Positions 24,560 through 38,409 of a stretch of DNA of 64,000 bases are shown here, piece by piece (the stretch's first letter is position 1; every line of letters starts with the position of its first letter). A program made the position numbers and the translations under genes. The notes beneath the pieces are model-generated. The model was not told the origin of the DNA. It was given only the letters and a program-made list of their open reading frames with translations, and ran no database searches. The DNA is from Eukaryota sp. TZLM1-RC (lineage: Eukaryota; Protista; Metamonada: BaSk clade): contig JAUPSS010000006.1 of NCBI GenBank assembly GCA_040285825.1, forward strand, positions 806,001 to 870,000. Direction: 5' to 3'.

Positions 24560-26025
24560 GTGACCATGGTAAAGCGTCCAGATTAACCGGAGATTTTTCC
24601 GGTCATAAAGGAATCAACGATTAAACCGTACCTGTCCTTGCTGATCTGCCAAGAATTACCGATGTTTGTGCCTTACTATCATCCGCTGTATACGTAGCAA
24701 CATTAGACTTAAACAAGGCCTGCTGGCAACTGAACTTGTGACCAGAAGACCAACCCAAGACCCTGGATATTGTTATCTAGACCGCTATTGTAATGTAGAG
24801 AGAAAGTGTTTACCCGTGCTGCTTTTGGACTCAAAAACGTTTCCGCCATCTTTCAGAATCTCATAAAGGAAATTTTGGACTGTGAAGGATTTTTTATCTA
24901 CCTTGACGAGATAATTGCAGCCACTGAAAAGAAAGCTCAATTCTTAAATCGCATGGAGTACATTTTCATGCGAGCCCGCGATTACCGAGTTAGAATTGGC
25001 CTTCATAAATGCGCTTTCCAAACCAAAGACTTTCCGATTCGAGTCTTGGGCACAATCTTTGAAAAGGAAACCCGAAGAATACGTCCCTCTAGAAGAGAAA
25101 AGCTCAACAAAATTACAATATTCTCCACTGTCCCAGAACTATCCTCATTTGTAGGAGCTATTAATTTTGATTGAGCCAGATTGGTTACCCGATGTTAGTA
25201 CTGAACTTGCTCCGCTCAATGAATTGATAAAAGGAACACCCCGCAAGATCTCGTTGAACCTGCAACCAATTGAATGCTTCCATAACTGTAAGAGAATGAT
25301 ACCTCCCTTGTCATAAACCTCTTGTTTTATTTGTCTGTTTATACAAGGATCCAACGCTAGCGAACCCAACATGATCAGTTTTTAGAGGCATTAATTTTGA
25401 TCAGAGCTGAATCAGAGGAAACTGCTTTTTGTGTTGTTGTTGTTGTTGTTGTCACTTCTGAATCTCAACAGTCTGAATCTTCTAAGTGTTTCCTGTCTCG
25501 TCAAAATAATTCGCCTAGTTCGACGTTCCTAAGCAAAATCTTTAAGGAACAACAGAAACTTTCTGATTCTGACTCTCTGTTTGCCAATAGCTATTTTCAT
25601 CGAAACACCGGCTCAAAAATGTTGAATTCTTCTCAGCCAAATATACTAATTCCTCCATCTCTTCGTGCTGAAATTGTACTTCTTACTCATGGTTGTGAAG
25701 AAGCTGGACATCCTTCTGTAGACATTGCTTGATAGAAATTGAAAGTCTCTGACTCTCATTGGCCTGATATGAAAGTTGATCTAATTTCACATATTGCTGA
25801 ATGCATTTTATGCCAAAAGACTGTCCCCATTCCTAAAAACAATATCCCCGCTACTGGCTCTCCCAACTCTGTGAAACGCCCCTTTGAGTATCTTCATTGT
25901 GATACTATTGGTTCACTTTCCACGGGCTCTTATGGCAACAAGTATATCCTTCATTTTGTTGATGCCTTTTCAAAATTATCAATCCTCATTCCTGTTGCCG
26001 ATATCACGGCTCTTACTGTGAGAGC
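24560..26025 (+). mobile_element. Degenerate Gypsy pol: RT (RNase H deleted), then integrase zinc finger and core start
   Basis: RLTGDFSG; AAFGLKNVSAIFQ; IYLDE; FVGAINF; H-x5-GH...WPDM...C-x2-C; PFEYLHCDTIG; VDAFSK. Confidence 0.92.
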
Positions 26026-28502
26026 CATCATCAAACGTCGTCTCCTTCTAATCCATCCTTTTTTGTTTATGTATTGTGCACGAAAAGCAACAGTAATTAC
26101 TGGAGTCAGTAAGGAATCCGTCCTACCCTTGAATCCCGCCTAGAATGATGCAGTTTTGCAGTTTAAACTCAGTCGCTCCTTATCTGAACCATACCGATCG
26201 AGAATCCGTCTCCCGCTATGTGGAAGCACTTAAGCTTTACGCGCAGCGTATGTCAGCTCATGTCATGTCAGACATGACAATGTAAGAAAGAGTATTCATC
26301 TACATAGATGACATTATAGTAGCCTCCAACAACTAAAAAGACTTTTTATCTAGACTAGAGCCTCCATAAGTGCTCATTCCAGACCAATGAATACCCCATC
26401 AAGGTCCTTGGCTCAATATTTGAAAACGGTCAACGCCAGATTGATCCTACCAAGATAGAATCAATAACCAAGTTAGCCCCGCCAACCTCCCAGAACTTTG
26501 ATAAGTTTCCTTGTCCTCAAACTGAACGACCTTTGATCTTCAGAACCTCCAAAAATCCAAAAACATGTAGACTATATAGACACATGTAATCAGATCTTTC
26601 TTGACCGTAATCAACCTCAAACAGTTACAAACTGAATGATTGATGATTATTCAGTCGTTTATGTATTTGTGATTAAAGACTCAAAATAAAGAGAATTACT
26701 CTCAATATTTGGTATAAACTCTGATAAAAAAATAAACAAACATCAGCGCAGAAAACAAAATTAAAATTGAAATGAATTCACCCAATAGTACAAAATGATG
26801 AAATAAACTGACCAAATATCACTAGTTAATATAAATAAAACAGATAAGCCAGAAACATAGCAATAATCATAATCAAATTCAGTTCAAATAACCAAGAGCA
26901 CACTCACTAAATCAATAGTGTAAACAGCAGCAAAAGACTAACAACCAACAACAACTATATCATCAAAGTCAACATTAGCTTGAACAAGAGTAATAAAAAC
27001 TTCAGCGCATGACACAAGGACGGAAAGAGCAAGGGAAAAGAGGTGATTCATTTAAGACCATCAGCAGTGGAAACTTGATAGCACAATATTCAACAACAAT
27101 GAAATATATTGAAAGACCTAAAATACGGAAAAAGAGTAGTAGAGTTGAAATAAAAAACAACTGATCAAAAACAACCATATCAATATAAAACTCTACATCA
27201 CTATAGAAAACTAGGAAAGAGAAGGAAAAATAAAAGATCCGATAGGTCGGCCGACATACTGTTCGGTGTTCGAGTCCAACTGTGTGACTTTTAATCTGGG
27301 CCACATAATGATGATCAAATCAGAGTGCTGAACGGTGACAGTAATTGATGAAGGATGAGATTGAGAGCAGAGGAAAAGGAAAGGAGAGATGCACTATCCA
27401 CAAGCAAGAAATAGTGACGACAGTCAGAGATTGATCAAGTCTTGTTCTCAGATGGAAAACCTAGAAATTGATAGCGTCTAGCCTCAGTCACCCAGAACAG
27501 AAAGAGACAACGATCCCCGGATCTAGAATCGTCATAATGAAAGGAGAAGAGGTCTTCTGATGGTGGGAGAAAAGCAAATCTATCAACACAACATTTGGTC
27601 AAAACAAATCTGAATTTGTAACGAGCAAATAGTAAAGGTGGATAAATTCCATATTCAAACTCTGAGTGCAAAACTAAGTACGTATGATTTTAAACACAAT
27701 AGGTATGCGACAGATATTTTTCATGCAGCGTTTGAGCACAATATTCAAATTTATGCTTCAACTTTCAATACTAAACCACATTACATTTTTACACTTGGTT
27801 CTCTTCTACTTCTGCGCTTCTTACATTTGAAGGTTTACAAAAACAAATTAATTTAAACTGTTGTTAAGGAAACACAAATACCAAGAAACAATATCTATCT
27901 TGTGGATAACAGCAAAGAAAAATGGTGTCAACTGACCCGTGACAAGGCTTTTCTGGCGAAATATCTAAAAAAATTGTAAAAAGCAATGAGAACAATGTAT
28001 AAATTTGGATAATTTCAATCATGGTTTATAAAATACGGCAGTAAGCCATTTTTTTCCAATGTAGACCATGGTATGAAAACTTGTCCAGTATATTGTTGTG
28101 TTTGAATTAAGTGTATTGTTTAAATGTTGTTTTATTACATTATTGGGCAAAGAAAACCTTGTGTCTGTCAGTCAACAGAAATTGTTTTCTATTTACAAGC
28201 ATGTACAATGACTTTTTTAAGTCTGAAAATATAGACTCACTGCCTTATCCTTATCGTGCAAAAAGTACTGATAAATTGACTTGGTTCAATAGAAATGTGA
28301 GACAAAAACTAGTAATGATTCCTATAGATACTGTTACAGGTTCATAAAAAAATAAACAATCTTACTGATTCAATCAATAACTGATATTGATTGGTGGATT
28401 TTCAAAACACCAAATACGAAACAATGTGTGACAGAAATTAACTTGAGCTTTATAATCCATATATTTACATTTATGTGGCGTATAATTTTTCATTGTCTTG
28501 AT
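26026..28502 (+). repeat. Third, more diverged copy of the duplicated mosaic (direct to about 1085-2740; inverted to about 12185-14690)
   Basis: Same order of blocks (IIKRRLLL frame, RT YIDD, repeat B, HTVGLEHRTVCRPTY frame), and further homology to 12185-12900. Confidence 0.9.
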
Positions 28503-29353
28503 TTTTTCTATTTATCGAAGATTGTGTATGCTTTAGTTTCAGGATTCAAGACATTGTCAACAAAGCCAAATTTATGATTACTTTTAATATAAACAGATGG
28601 TTGGTCAGGATTATTGTATGTAGACATGTTACATACGCTCAACGTCTCTTCGTCTGTGAGAAAATGTTGTCATCATCTGACCATTCTGCATTTCGTAAAT
28701 TGAGCCCATCTTCACACCGACATGAATCAACAGCACATTGAAGGTCTTCATGATGTAATTTGTATATTTCAGAGTTAAAGTTCCTTGAGATGTGAGCTGT
28801 TAGTTGCTGTTGAATTAACCAGATGGGATATACACGGATACACAAAACATGCTGCAGATTGTGGCATAAGTCTATCAGTTCAGACGGAGGTTCCTCACCA
28901 CTGAAATGCTTGACTTATGTCAGCAAACCATCTTTAAAGAGTGTATGGTCTCTGTAAACTGTACTTTTCAGGCTCTCAGGTTGAGGCCGCAGACAAGACT
29001 TGGACCTTTCAGTTGACACTAATGATTTGGATGGCGAGGAGGACATGTATTGTGACACTGAGTGAAGCAAGTGTAGCAGAAATGAGAATGAAATGGTGGG
29101 TCTGAGTCTCAGATTATGAGACCAGAAATTCATCACCAATTTCGAACATTGCGAACTGGATTTTCGCCGTACGTGATTGTAATGGTGATTTGTCAACAGT
29201 TACCACTTGAGAAGAATGTCATTGATGACATGCTGTGGTTTTTGAAGTTGTTTGCAACTTTGTACAAGAAAACTCGTATTGTGGTATTTTCCCTTTTGAA
29301 AATGATTATTTTTTGTCAAAACATACTTTTGATCAATTTTCATATTGTGTATA

Positions 29354-29510
29354 ATGACGGTTGACAACCCAGTGAGTCTTGGTCCCAGTGATCTTCTCTC
29401 TGTAACGGTGGCGCAATTGCGAGCTTTTTTAGACAATTTCAATGTGTCCTATCGCAAAAGTGGCTTTTGAGGTAAGACAGATCTTGTTCGTCTTGCATGG
29501 GGCACTTTTT
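29354..29510 (+). pseudogene. SAP/HeH (LEM-like) helix-extension-helix domain fragment
   Basis: ATG 29354 reads MTVDNPVSLGPSDLLSVTVAQLRAFLDNFNVSYRKSGF*GKTDLVRLA, fitting the L-T-V-x-Q-L-R...L...K-x-D-L-V pattern. Confidence 0.55.
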
Positions 29511-32500
29511 TCCATCTCTTTTATTTCCAGACACTTACGTGGATCCCTCTTCTTCTGTGACACATAGCTATCCTTCTCCTCGGCTTTACTCTTCAGTCTC
29601 ACTCTCGTGTATACATTTACAAGTTACTTTTTGCTCCTCCTTCAAGCCCGAATATGAATTTTCTCAAACCCTCGACGCAAAACCAACTGGTTAAATTTGT
29701 CCTTTACGATGATCAACTTGATTGTTTTTGTTTTTCTATTGCTAGTTTTCAACAAGCATCAATTTAATTAATATTAAAAGGGATAAATATAAAATCCACC
29801 TAGTTCTGAAACTTTTAAGCAAAATCCATTTTTTTCAATTTTACTCAAACTTTTAAAATTTATACCTTGTTTTATTTTTCGATTTCAACTATTGTAATCA
29901 AAAGTATACAAAATAGGTTGCAAATCAGTATTTTGATAAATGTGCCATGATACAACAAATTAGGTATTTTTGATGTTATGAAATTACATACCGAAAATTC
30001 AGTATTTATGAAAAATACTACAAAACAAGTACAAAATGTAAAACCTGAATTTGGTACAATAATGTAAAATACGTATTTTTAGGTATTTGATAATACATCA
30101 CAGAATAATATGTCAATATTTGTATTTTAACAGTAAAAAAAAGTACGTTGTTTTGGGTACTTTTCTAAAATACGTAAAAAAATGAAAAAAAAGTACAATG
30201 TGATTAATATGTACATGATACAAATACAATAAATTTATAAATCATATTTATCAAAGCCAATTGTTTTTATTAAGCAAGTTTTAACCCGGGATGAGCAAAT
30301 GTTCTAGTAAAAGTTGCAATTCAGATGAAATTAATCGAAGCACTTTGAAACGCCAAGATGTCAATTGAAGACAACAATGGAAATCCTCTATTGAAGTGTA
30401 AATCGAGTGGTAATTGTGTAAATTGTGACAATCAGAAAAAAACGAATTATTAAAAGAGTCATCAAGTTTACACGTTTTTAATTTCGTATTTATTATATTT
30501 TTTTATTTATTTCATTTTTTATTTTATAAATTTTTATCTTCAAATACAGGGCTAAACTTACAACATACTTTTACATTAATAGTCGAAACCAATGTATAAT
30601 ATGCTAAGGTTGTGTAATATGATTTTTCTATGTAATTGTTTTGGATTGTTCAGAAGCACCTTTTTTGCAATATAAATATAAATACATAATAAATAATGAC
30701 CCTGTTTCATTTAGGTACATTGACATAAACTTAATTGAGAGAAGAACTCAATTTCCTCATTCACAGAAATGGTGAAAAATTGTTAGAAAACCAAAATAGG
30801 TTTAATTTTCAAGCATATGAACAATTTATCATTACAGATTTTAAAAGTAATAGTGACGATTGTTTGGAGGATATTCAATTCTAGATGGGTTTTTTTATCT
30901 CAGTAAATATTCCAGTTTAAAAAAAGATTTTAAAAGCAAAAATTTAAAACATTAAATAAAAAAAGAACTTGTAACAATTACAATAAAGGATTGTCATCAA
31001 CAGTACTGCTGACTCAAATTATTGTGAACAAGAGATTGGAAAGACACTCTTCTATTTTGAATTTAGAACTGGTTAATCATATTTTCTATTTATAATTGCT
31101 TCTAAAAAACGCCCTTGTTGTATTATTGAGATAATTTCACAACTAACTATAACAAGTTTCAGTGTTAACTATAACAGTATTGTACAGAATGTAGAACACG
31201 TATCTTCTGCAAAGTCGGAACATGAGTAATGAGTTTCAAGCTGATAATAAGTCTAAGTCTGCAGGAACTCTATTTTACCTCCAGATCACTGTTGAATTTT
31301 CATATACTGTGATTAGGTAGAAACAAATATCATTTGAAATAACGAATAAATTCAAATTTATAATATATTTTTATTTTCATTCTACTATGTTAAATAGTCT
31401 ATAATCGTTCAAGAAAAAAATCTCAACCATATACACGCAGAACTAGTTTAATTGATAATAGAAAAACAATCAGTCAAGAAAACAAGAAACAATTTCAGTT
31501 AACAAACGTTCAAGGGCTTATCGAAAGGTTATTCAAAACAACAATTTTTTATTTTGTTGATTATTCCTTCACAGGAAATCGCAAACATGAAGAAGTTCGT
31601 AGCACATAATGTCGGAAAAACAGAATCTACAGTATTGCAAAGTCTACAGTCGAAGTCTGAGTTGAACATGTTACTTGTCATTAGCATCATTACCAACAAG
31701 TATCTAAAAAAACCACAGAAACAATAATGTAAGACTACATAAATACGAAGTTCAAGAATGCTGAGTTACCAAAATTTTTCTTGTGTTCGGCAAGTATAAA
31801 TAATGAGCTTGGCTACTGTAAGCTATCAGTAACTATTGAATTTCTGCTCTAAATAATTGGGCCGTAGTGATATATCCCCAAAAAATCTGATGACTTTCTA
31901 CAATACATATTTTTCCACAATTCAAGACTTTGATGAATTGATACCAATCAGATGTTGATTAACACCGTTTTAAAAAAATGCTGATAGTTGAATTTTTTTT
32001 ATTATGATTTTTGATGATGAATGTGTCGATTTCATTCCTACCGTTCTGGACTCAATGTATTTGAGTGTTAATGATATCCGTACAATATTTGTTGCCATCA
32101 AATTAAACGTCTTGTGCAAGACGGGGACTTGTCGGACACAATTACTGAAAGATTTTGTGATAGCATAAACAACCAGTACTTGCAAAGAGGCATCTTGTAT
32201 GCAGGAATAATCAAAATACATTTTCAATATAAAAAACCTGTGCCTTTAACACAGATCATTCAATCATTTTGTTTCATTTACTTGCACCTTCAGAAAACAG
32301 TAGCTTTTGTAACCCTTATACAGTTTTGCAACTTTGAAGTGACTTTTACGACAATTGTATGATTTTAGATGAACCAAACTCTCAGACTCTTTTGTTGTCG
32401 AAATTATTTTTTCTTTGTTAAAATATTTCTACTGGTACCCAGAACAATACAACCCAGAAAATGTTGTCAAAAAGCTTCAATTGTTAAAAAAATAAGTCAT

Positions 32501-35149
32501 AACTAACTGTAAGCAACATTGATTTTGAATGTGAATATACTCTAATAACACCTCTGAAGATGTGACATTTTGTGCAAAAGTAAGTAATAATTTCTTTCAA
32601 AGTAACAACACAGAAGAGTATTACTGTATGAAACTTCAGAGCATTTGTACTGTAAATGTTCTCAAAACAGTGATTCTCATTCCACCTCTTACAAAAATTT
32701 GGAGAACACAGTATTTCAATCAACAGAAAAAGTTCATCTTCTGTTTCAGTCGGTCACTTTTTTACAATGGAAAACAGATACAAAAGCCAAATGTGAAATA
32801 GCTCCAATTAATTGGATAGTAAGATTCACAAATACTCAAATTATTCAAGAACACTAACACTCAAAAGGTAACTCTCAATGTCTGACCTATCGTAGATGTC
32901 CATGAATTGTGTTACCATCCACCAAATGAGTGTGATGATAAACTTAGTATTGACAAAATGGTTGAATTAAAAACAACATTCTGCGAAGATAACATGGTAC
33001 ACTTTTGGAATAACAAATTGAAATAAATATTGAATATTGAGATATTTGAAATTACACAATTAAAAAGTTGGTGAAATGGGAACATTCATCTATACTGCCA
33101 GAAAATCATTGAAAAGGAGTAACTCAACACTTAGTAGGTGTGTTCCATGCTATTTCAGGATCCACGAGCAACTCACATTCTCCCACAATCTCTTTAAAAT
33201 CTCATATACGCAAACTTTTTACTCAAACAATTAAGAAATAATTAGAGGTTAATCCTATACAATTTGAAAATGACGTTTCGGTTGATGTGATACCAACTAT
33301 TTCAACTACAAACCAATAACAACTGTTCGCAATGTATGCTATTCTTTGTATACTTGTACAAATCCAAGTAAATTTGCATCAAAACCTGTTATTTAGTATC
33401 ATAGTTTTCATCATGCTGGTTTTGTTGATGTAAACATTCGGATAATCTGAACTTGCATATGTAGAGGAAGCCCTTTTCTTTCTAACAACTAAGACGTCAC
33501 AATTACTCCTTTGGTTATCAGGCAAATCAGCAAAGAAATTCCTTCTTTAAAAATGTAGATGGAGTTTACACGGGATAGTGCATATTACGTTGGTGTTTCT
33601 ACTGATCCTTACACATGATTCTGAAGAGCAGATGAATTCAGAAGAACAATAAGAAAAATTACTGTTATAGATTAGAATCAAAAACTTTCGCTATAGACCT
33701 GTCAAGAAAACAGGTAATATTGACTATCAGGATTCGATATCAAAGCTATCCCAATAATACTTCCACGCTATAAGCGCTGATTCGATGAATGATATATTCT
33801 ACTTGTGTCAAAATCCGGCTATGTGGATAGCTGAAGAAAACCCTGCTTATGCTGAAAGTTCCAAAAACTGAAACTAATTGAAACTCCCCTTGTCAGAGAT
33901 GAATGACTGCTGAGTATATCATTATCCACAAATAATTGACACCATGCCTTTAAACATGGAAATCTGCACTTTCGATTGTTCCATCCCCTTTACTGTTCTC
34001 TTCAACTTTTGCATTCACTGTTTCAATTTAGAGGACATCAAAAGACCTTTTGCTGTAATTTTTTTGAATTATGAAATGATCATTTACGTTTCTGATTTTC
34101 ATTTTGGAAACAACATCATATCTTCAGCAGGGACCTTACTGGCAGAGAAGTACTGCTGCTTCTTGGTGGAAGGAGTCAATTTAGTTCACTTTATGATGCA
34201 ACATTGGCCCTCTACAACTCCAATTCAATTGGCGAACAGTCAATCCATTGAAGACGGGACAAGAGAATTCGCCATTGAGGACATAAAACTTGGAGGACAT
34301 TATGAAAATTTCTACATTTATAACAGTATAAAACAGATGTATCAGCAAGGATCGAAAATGTCGATGACTTCATTGGAGTATTCACCCGTCCAATGTCAAC
34401 AGTGTCACACGCATTGGCAATTTAGCTTTCACTGAGCCGCTGTTTGACCAATTTTGCAATAAAAATTACTGGAAAACAAATTGGTAAACCTCTTGCAACT
34501 GACAAGAAAAATTAAGACAGATTAAAAAAAGGTTAGTGATTTATTGGCATAGATAGAAGTGGCGCAAAATATAGAGACTTAGGTATTGAAGGGAACTGCA
34601 TCTAAAATTAATTTAATTAAGGGTGAATTACACGCCTCAGTTGGCAAGAGAAGGATTAGTCAACACGGTTTTTTTACATCATAACTTGCAAAAAGAGAAA
34701 CATTAGAGAGAAGGCCAAAAGTTCTGTATTTCCTGTCAAATACTTGCCCACGTAGTTTTTGAGTGTGACGATTCTGGTTTTATCCGAAAATTGTACATTG
34801 AAGCACATGCCCAAAGTACAGACCGTGGATAAAAATTTTAGAGGTGCTTTTGATGATTGAAGAGATCGTCAGAAAGACCAAGGTAGTTTCAAGCGCCGAG
34901 GTGCTTGTGAAGTTCGTTAAGTTCGAATAAATTTGGGTAAACTGATGTTAGTGCGAGGTGTCGACTCCTAGATCTTTCTATTGTATTGAAAGTTTGAAGC
35001 AATGGTGATGAATGAGATTATTTTTATTTCTTGAAAACTTTTCATTTTCTACAGCAATCAACAAGTGATTGTTGTGTAATTATCAGTTAAATCAATCTTT
35101 CTTATTCATTTAACAAGAAATATGAAAACATAAAATACACAAGTAAAAC

Positions 35150-35410
35150 TCCACATCCTCAAAAGCTGCCTCCCCTACATCAAAACAATTAATTGCTAAA
35201 GATCAGAAAATTTCCTAAAAGAAGAGGGTGAATCAGAAATTAGTTTTACCATTCCCTTAAAAATAGAAAATACAATCCTGTTTTGCCAGTAACCACGATT
35301 GAAAATTCTTCCAGTTTTTTCCTTTACAACTACAACAAAATTCTCAAGGAAAGCCATAGCAGCCTTACCTAGAGATCCACGCAAAAAATGGGGACATAAA
35401 TTATATTGAA
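35150..35410 (-). mobile_element. RLE retrotransposon 3' fragment
   Basis: GSLGKAAMAFLENF...WQNRIVFSIFKGM, homologous to 50623-50829 and 60866-61306. Confidence 0.85.
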
Positions 35411-36359
35411 ACCATCGAACTAATTTCTAGTCCTGAATTCGATTGAGCAGACTAAAGACTTGTTCTTGGTTCGATTCAACGCACAACGGCCTATTGTTTG
35501 AAGTAACTGAGGTTGACAAATAACTTTATCAGCCGCATGGAGAAATATGAAGAAGGATGAACCGGAATAAAATTTTATGTAAGTAGTCTTCTTTACCCAA
35601 TCAACATCAACCCTCCTATTTTTTTTGAAGATAGTCAGAGACAAACAGATTCTTACTCACATTTTTCGCCCATTCGACAATATCAAAGGTCTTTAATTTG
35701 TTTTAAACAAACTACACTTAAGCTGAATACCAAATGAGTTTATTCATGTCTTACAGAAAACCTAATAATAATACTGAGTTTATAATGTAATAATCATATG
35801 TCCATTAAAACTGAGAATTTATTGACGTAATGACTCTATCTCAGAATCATCGGACAAACAATACATCCTATACAAATGTACTATACAATATACAATACTA
35901 TATAGTACTCAGTCTGCTTATGAGACTACAGAAATGAACGACCGAATAAAGGACTAAACTAGTTTATACTTTAGTCCGAAGTTTATTCCGAAGTTTAGTG
36001 ATTTGCCAATTTATGAAAATCAGAAATTCTGATATTTTTTAAGATACACATATTCACTTATTAATATTTAAATATTTTCAAATATTACTAGTATTCACTT
36101 ACTAAGGACACGTTGTTTGCACGTATGTTCAAACAACGATGTTCCAGCACATGCCGTTTTTAGTGCACTATGATCAAAGCTCAACATTGAGCACAGACTA
36201 TTGTATTGATGCACAATTGCTTTGTCATGACCAGTCTCATTACACAGTCTGACGAACTCGTTCCTTTCTTCAAGTATTTTAAATAATATTATTATTATTC
36301 TAATTCTAATTATTATAATAATTTTCAAGTATATTACCATTGAGTGATTGCGGAAAGCA

Positions 36360-37420
36360 CTGATTCCATTTTTTCTACATCAATTTTAGAAATTTCTTCA
36401 TTTGATGCAAAAACACTAGAACTTTGTGTTGTCACTAATTAATCTTCCCAATCTTTAAATCTTTCAGAAAACTCCAGTATTACATTTCAGCATCCGTCGA
36501 TAAAAGCACACGAAGTGAGAATTGAGGCTTTAGTGTTCACCATAATAACTAAAACGCCATAATGTGGACTAAGAAAAGCATGATCAGGAATTTGGGACAT
36601 TTCACACCCTAGTAATTGTGACATCACTTTTGCAAGGAATAGATTTCCAAAACAATTGTTTGGATTTCTTTCCTCCTGTGAAACACAAGTTGCTTCTCAA
36701 GTATTTGACTCTGAGTGGTGAATTTCTGCTCCCAAAACTTCAGTTATTGTTTGTGCATTAGCAGGGTTTCTATCACAAATGAACACAAATTCCTTATTGG
36801 ATTGTAGCCGAATGTTTTTGATATTCAAGAAAAAACTTTCCAATTCACTTACTAAATAAATATAATTAAAGAAAAATTACTCAATTTTCTGTTCCTTTCA
36901 TTTCAAAAAAACTGCAGAAAATTGCCAGCTGCATCTTTTTTGGTAAGATCCACCAATTTACCTTTATATTTTGGTCTTAGATGTGTTCATGTCAGGTAAG
37001 CTAGATGGGCTGGTTTTGCCTTAGCTTCTTCGTAACGAACACTGCACCAAAATGGCGCAAATGTTTTGGGCTAACGTTTGAAAACACAAAAAGCGTCAAG
37101 TTGATGAGTGGTTAGCAAATCTTTTGATTTCCCAATCAGTTGATGTTTCGTATGTACATTGCATGTAGAAATTACATGATTCAACAACCGCCTCCTGGTC
37201 TAACTCAAAATATTGATGCGACGAAGGTGGTGGTTATAACCATGTGTGGATATCACCAAAAATTGTACCTTTATTCAGTTTTTTAGCTAAAATAATCATG
37301 CTTGAACAAATTTTGAAATGATTAAAGAATTTTGGATGAATGTTGGCTTTGATGTTATTGTCAGTCTTAGCCAAACGTGACTTTCTGTTTATGAAAGCTA
37401 TCACGTCATCACTCATTTAA
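36360..37420 (-). pseudogene. Mutator-like (MULE) transposase pseudogene with a probable 29-nt intron (36852-36880)
   Basis: THLRPKYKGKLVDLTKKDAAGN; EN..NWKVFL; FVFICDRNPANAQTITEVLGAEIHH. These are MULE DDE-domain motifs across frameshifts. Intron GTAATT...TTTAG. Confidence 0.7.
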
Positions 37421-37990
37421 ATCGAACTTATTTTAGACCCAACATTATTGTGCCACTGAACGCCTTATAAATTCATCCTTTTTCTTGAATGTACCATAAA
37501 TTAAATTTTTATTTAATGTTTTTTTACAAAATTCCATTTTAGTAAAACACTGTACAGTAACAAAAATACTTCAATAACACTATACGACTTGAAAATTTGC
37601 TTGCAAAATCTGCCCCGTGTTCTTTTCGTGGCCTTCGATTTGAGGCTGTTCATAAGCAGCGGGATTTCTACGCGTATCTTTTGTACTGAAATGCAATCCT
37701 CTAGTTTTTTGGGGTTTACGTGCTAATGGCATTTCCTGAGCAGTGTCAACGAATTTCGAAAGATGTTAGGCATTTGATGCCGTTAGGCAGATGAACACAC
37801 GAAGGAGAGAGAGAAATCTAAGTTTATCAATAAAACTGATTCATAAACGAGTATCACGTCATCAGTCGAAATACAAAGAAACCTAGTAATTCAATTTAAG
37901 TTCGACAACAGCATATTAACCTGTTGTTGTTCTTCAGTCAGAGAGGCAGTAGTGAACATTTCCAAAGGAGCAGTTGCAATTGGATCAAAA

Positions 37991-38409
37991 CATTCCTGGG
38001 CATGACAAACATGACACTGTACTTAAACAGCGATATTGTATATTTTTTGAAAAAAAATTTTTTGTTTTATTTAAATTTTATTTTACAACTTTGGCAAACA
38101 ATCTAATTCTCTTCTTTAACCACGGCAACAAAGATTTCCACAACTATTGCGGTAGTTGCGCTCAAAGACGAGGCTCCATGCCGGATGTGTACTTTTATGA
38201 AGGGAGTGCAGTTTGAAGCCCTCAGTGGGTGTCTCGTTCAAAGTTGTGGACATGTAGTTTTTGAATAAATGTGTCTATATCGATTAAACGTTTATATTTT
38301 GTACAAAAGATTCAATTTGTCATAACACCATGACAGCAGTGTTGATTGTCATGACAAGTCATGACAATAATGACATGACACTTTTGACATGACGTCATGC
38401 CCAGGTATG
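37991..38409. mobile_element. Non-autonomous hAT-type MITE (419 bp)
   Basis: TIRs CATTCCTGGGCATGAC / GTCATGCCCAGGTATG (15/16 match); 8-bp TSD GATCAAAA / GTTCAAAA (7/8 match); subterminal CATGAC/ATGACA array. Confidence 0.85.

Noticed and set aside
25432-25452. Poly-Val run as a protein feature
   Set aside because: A (TGT)n microsatellite within a degraded Gypsy element.
31500-33900. Possible decayed coding sequence
   Set aside because: No recognisable motif in the frames examined; left uncalled.
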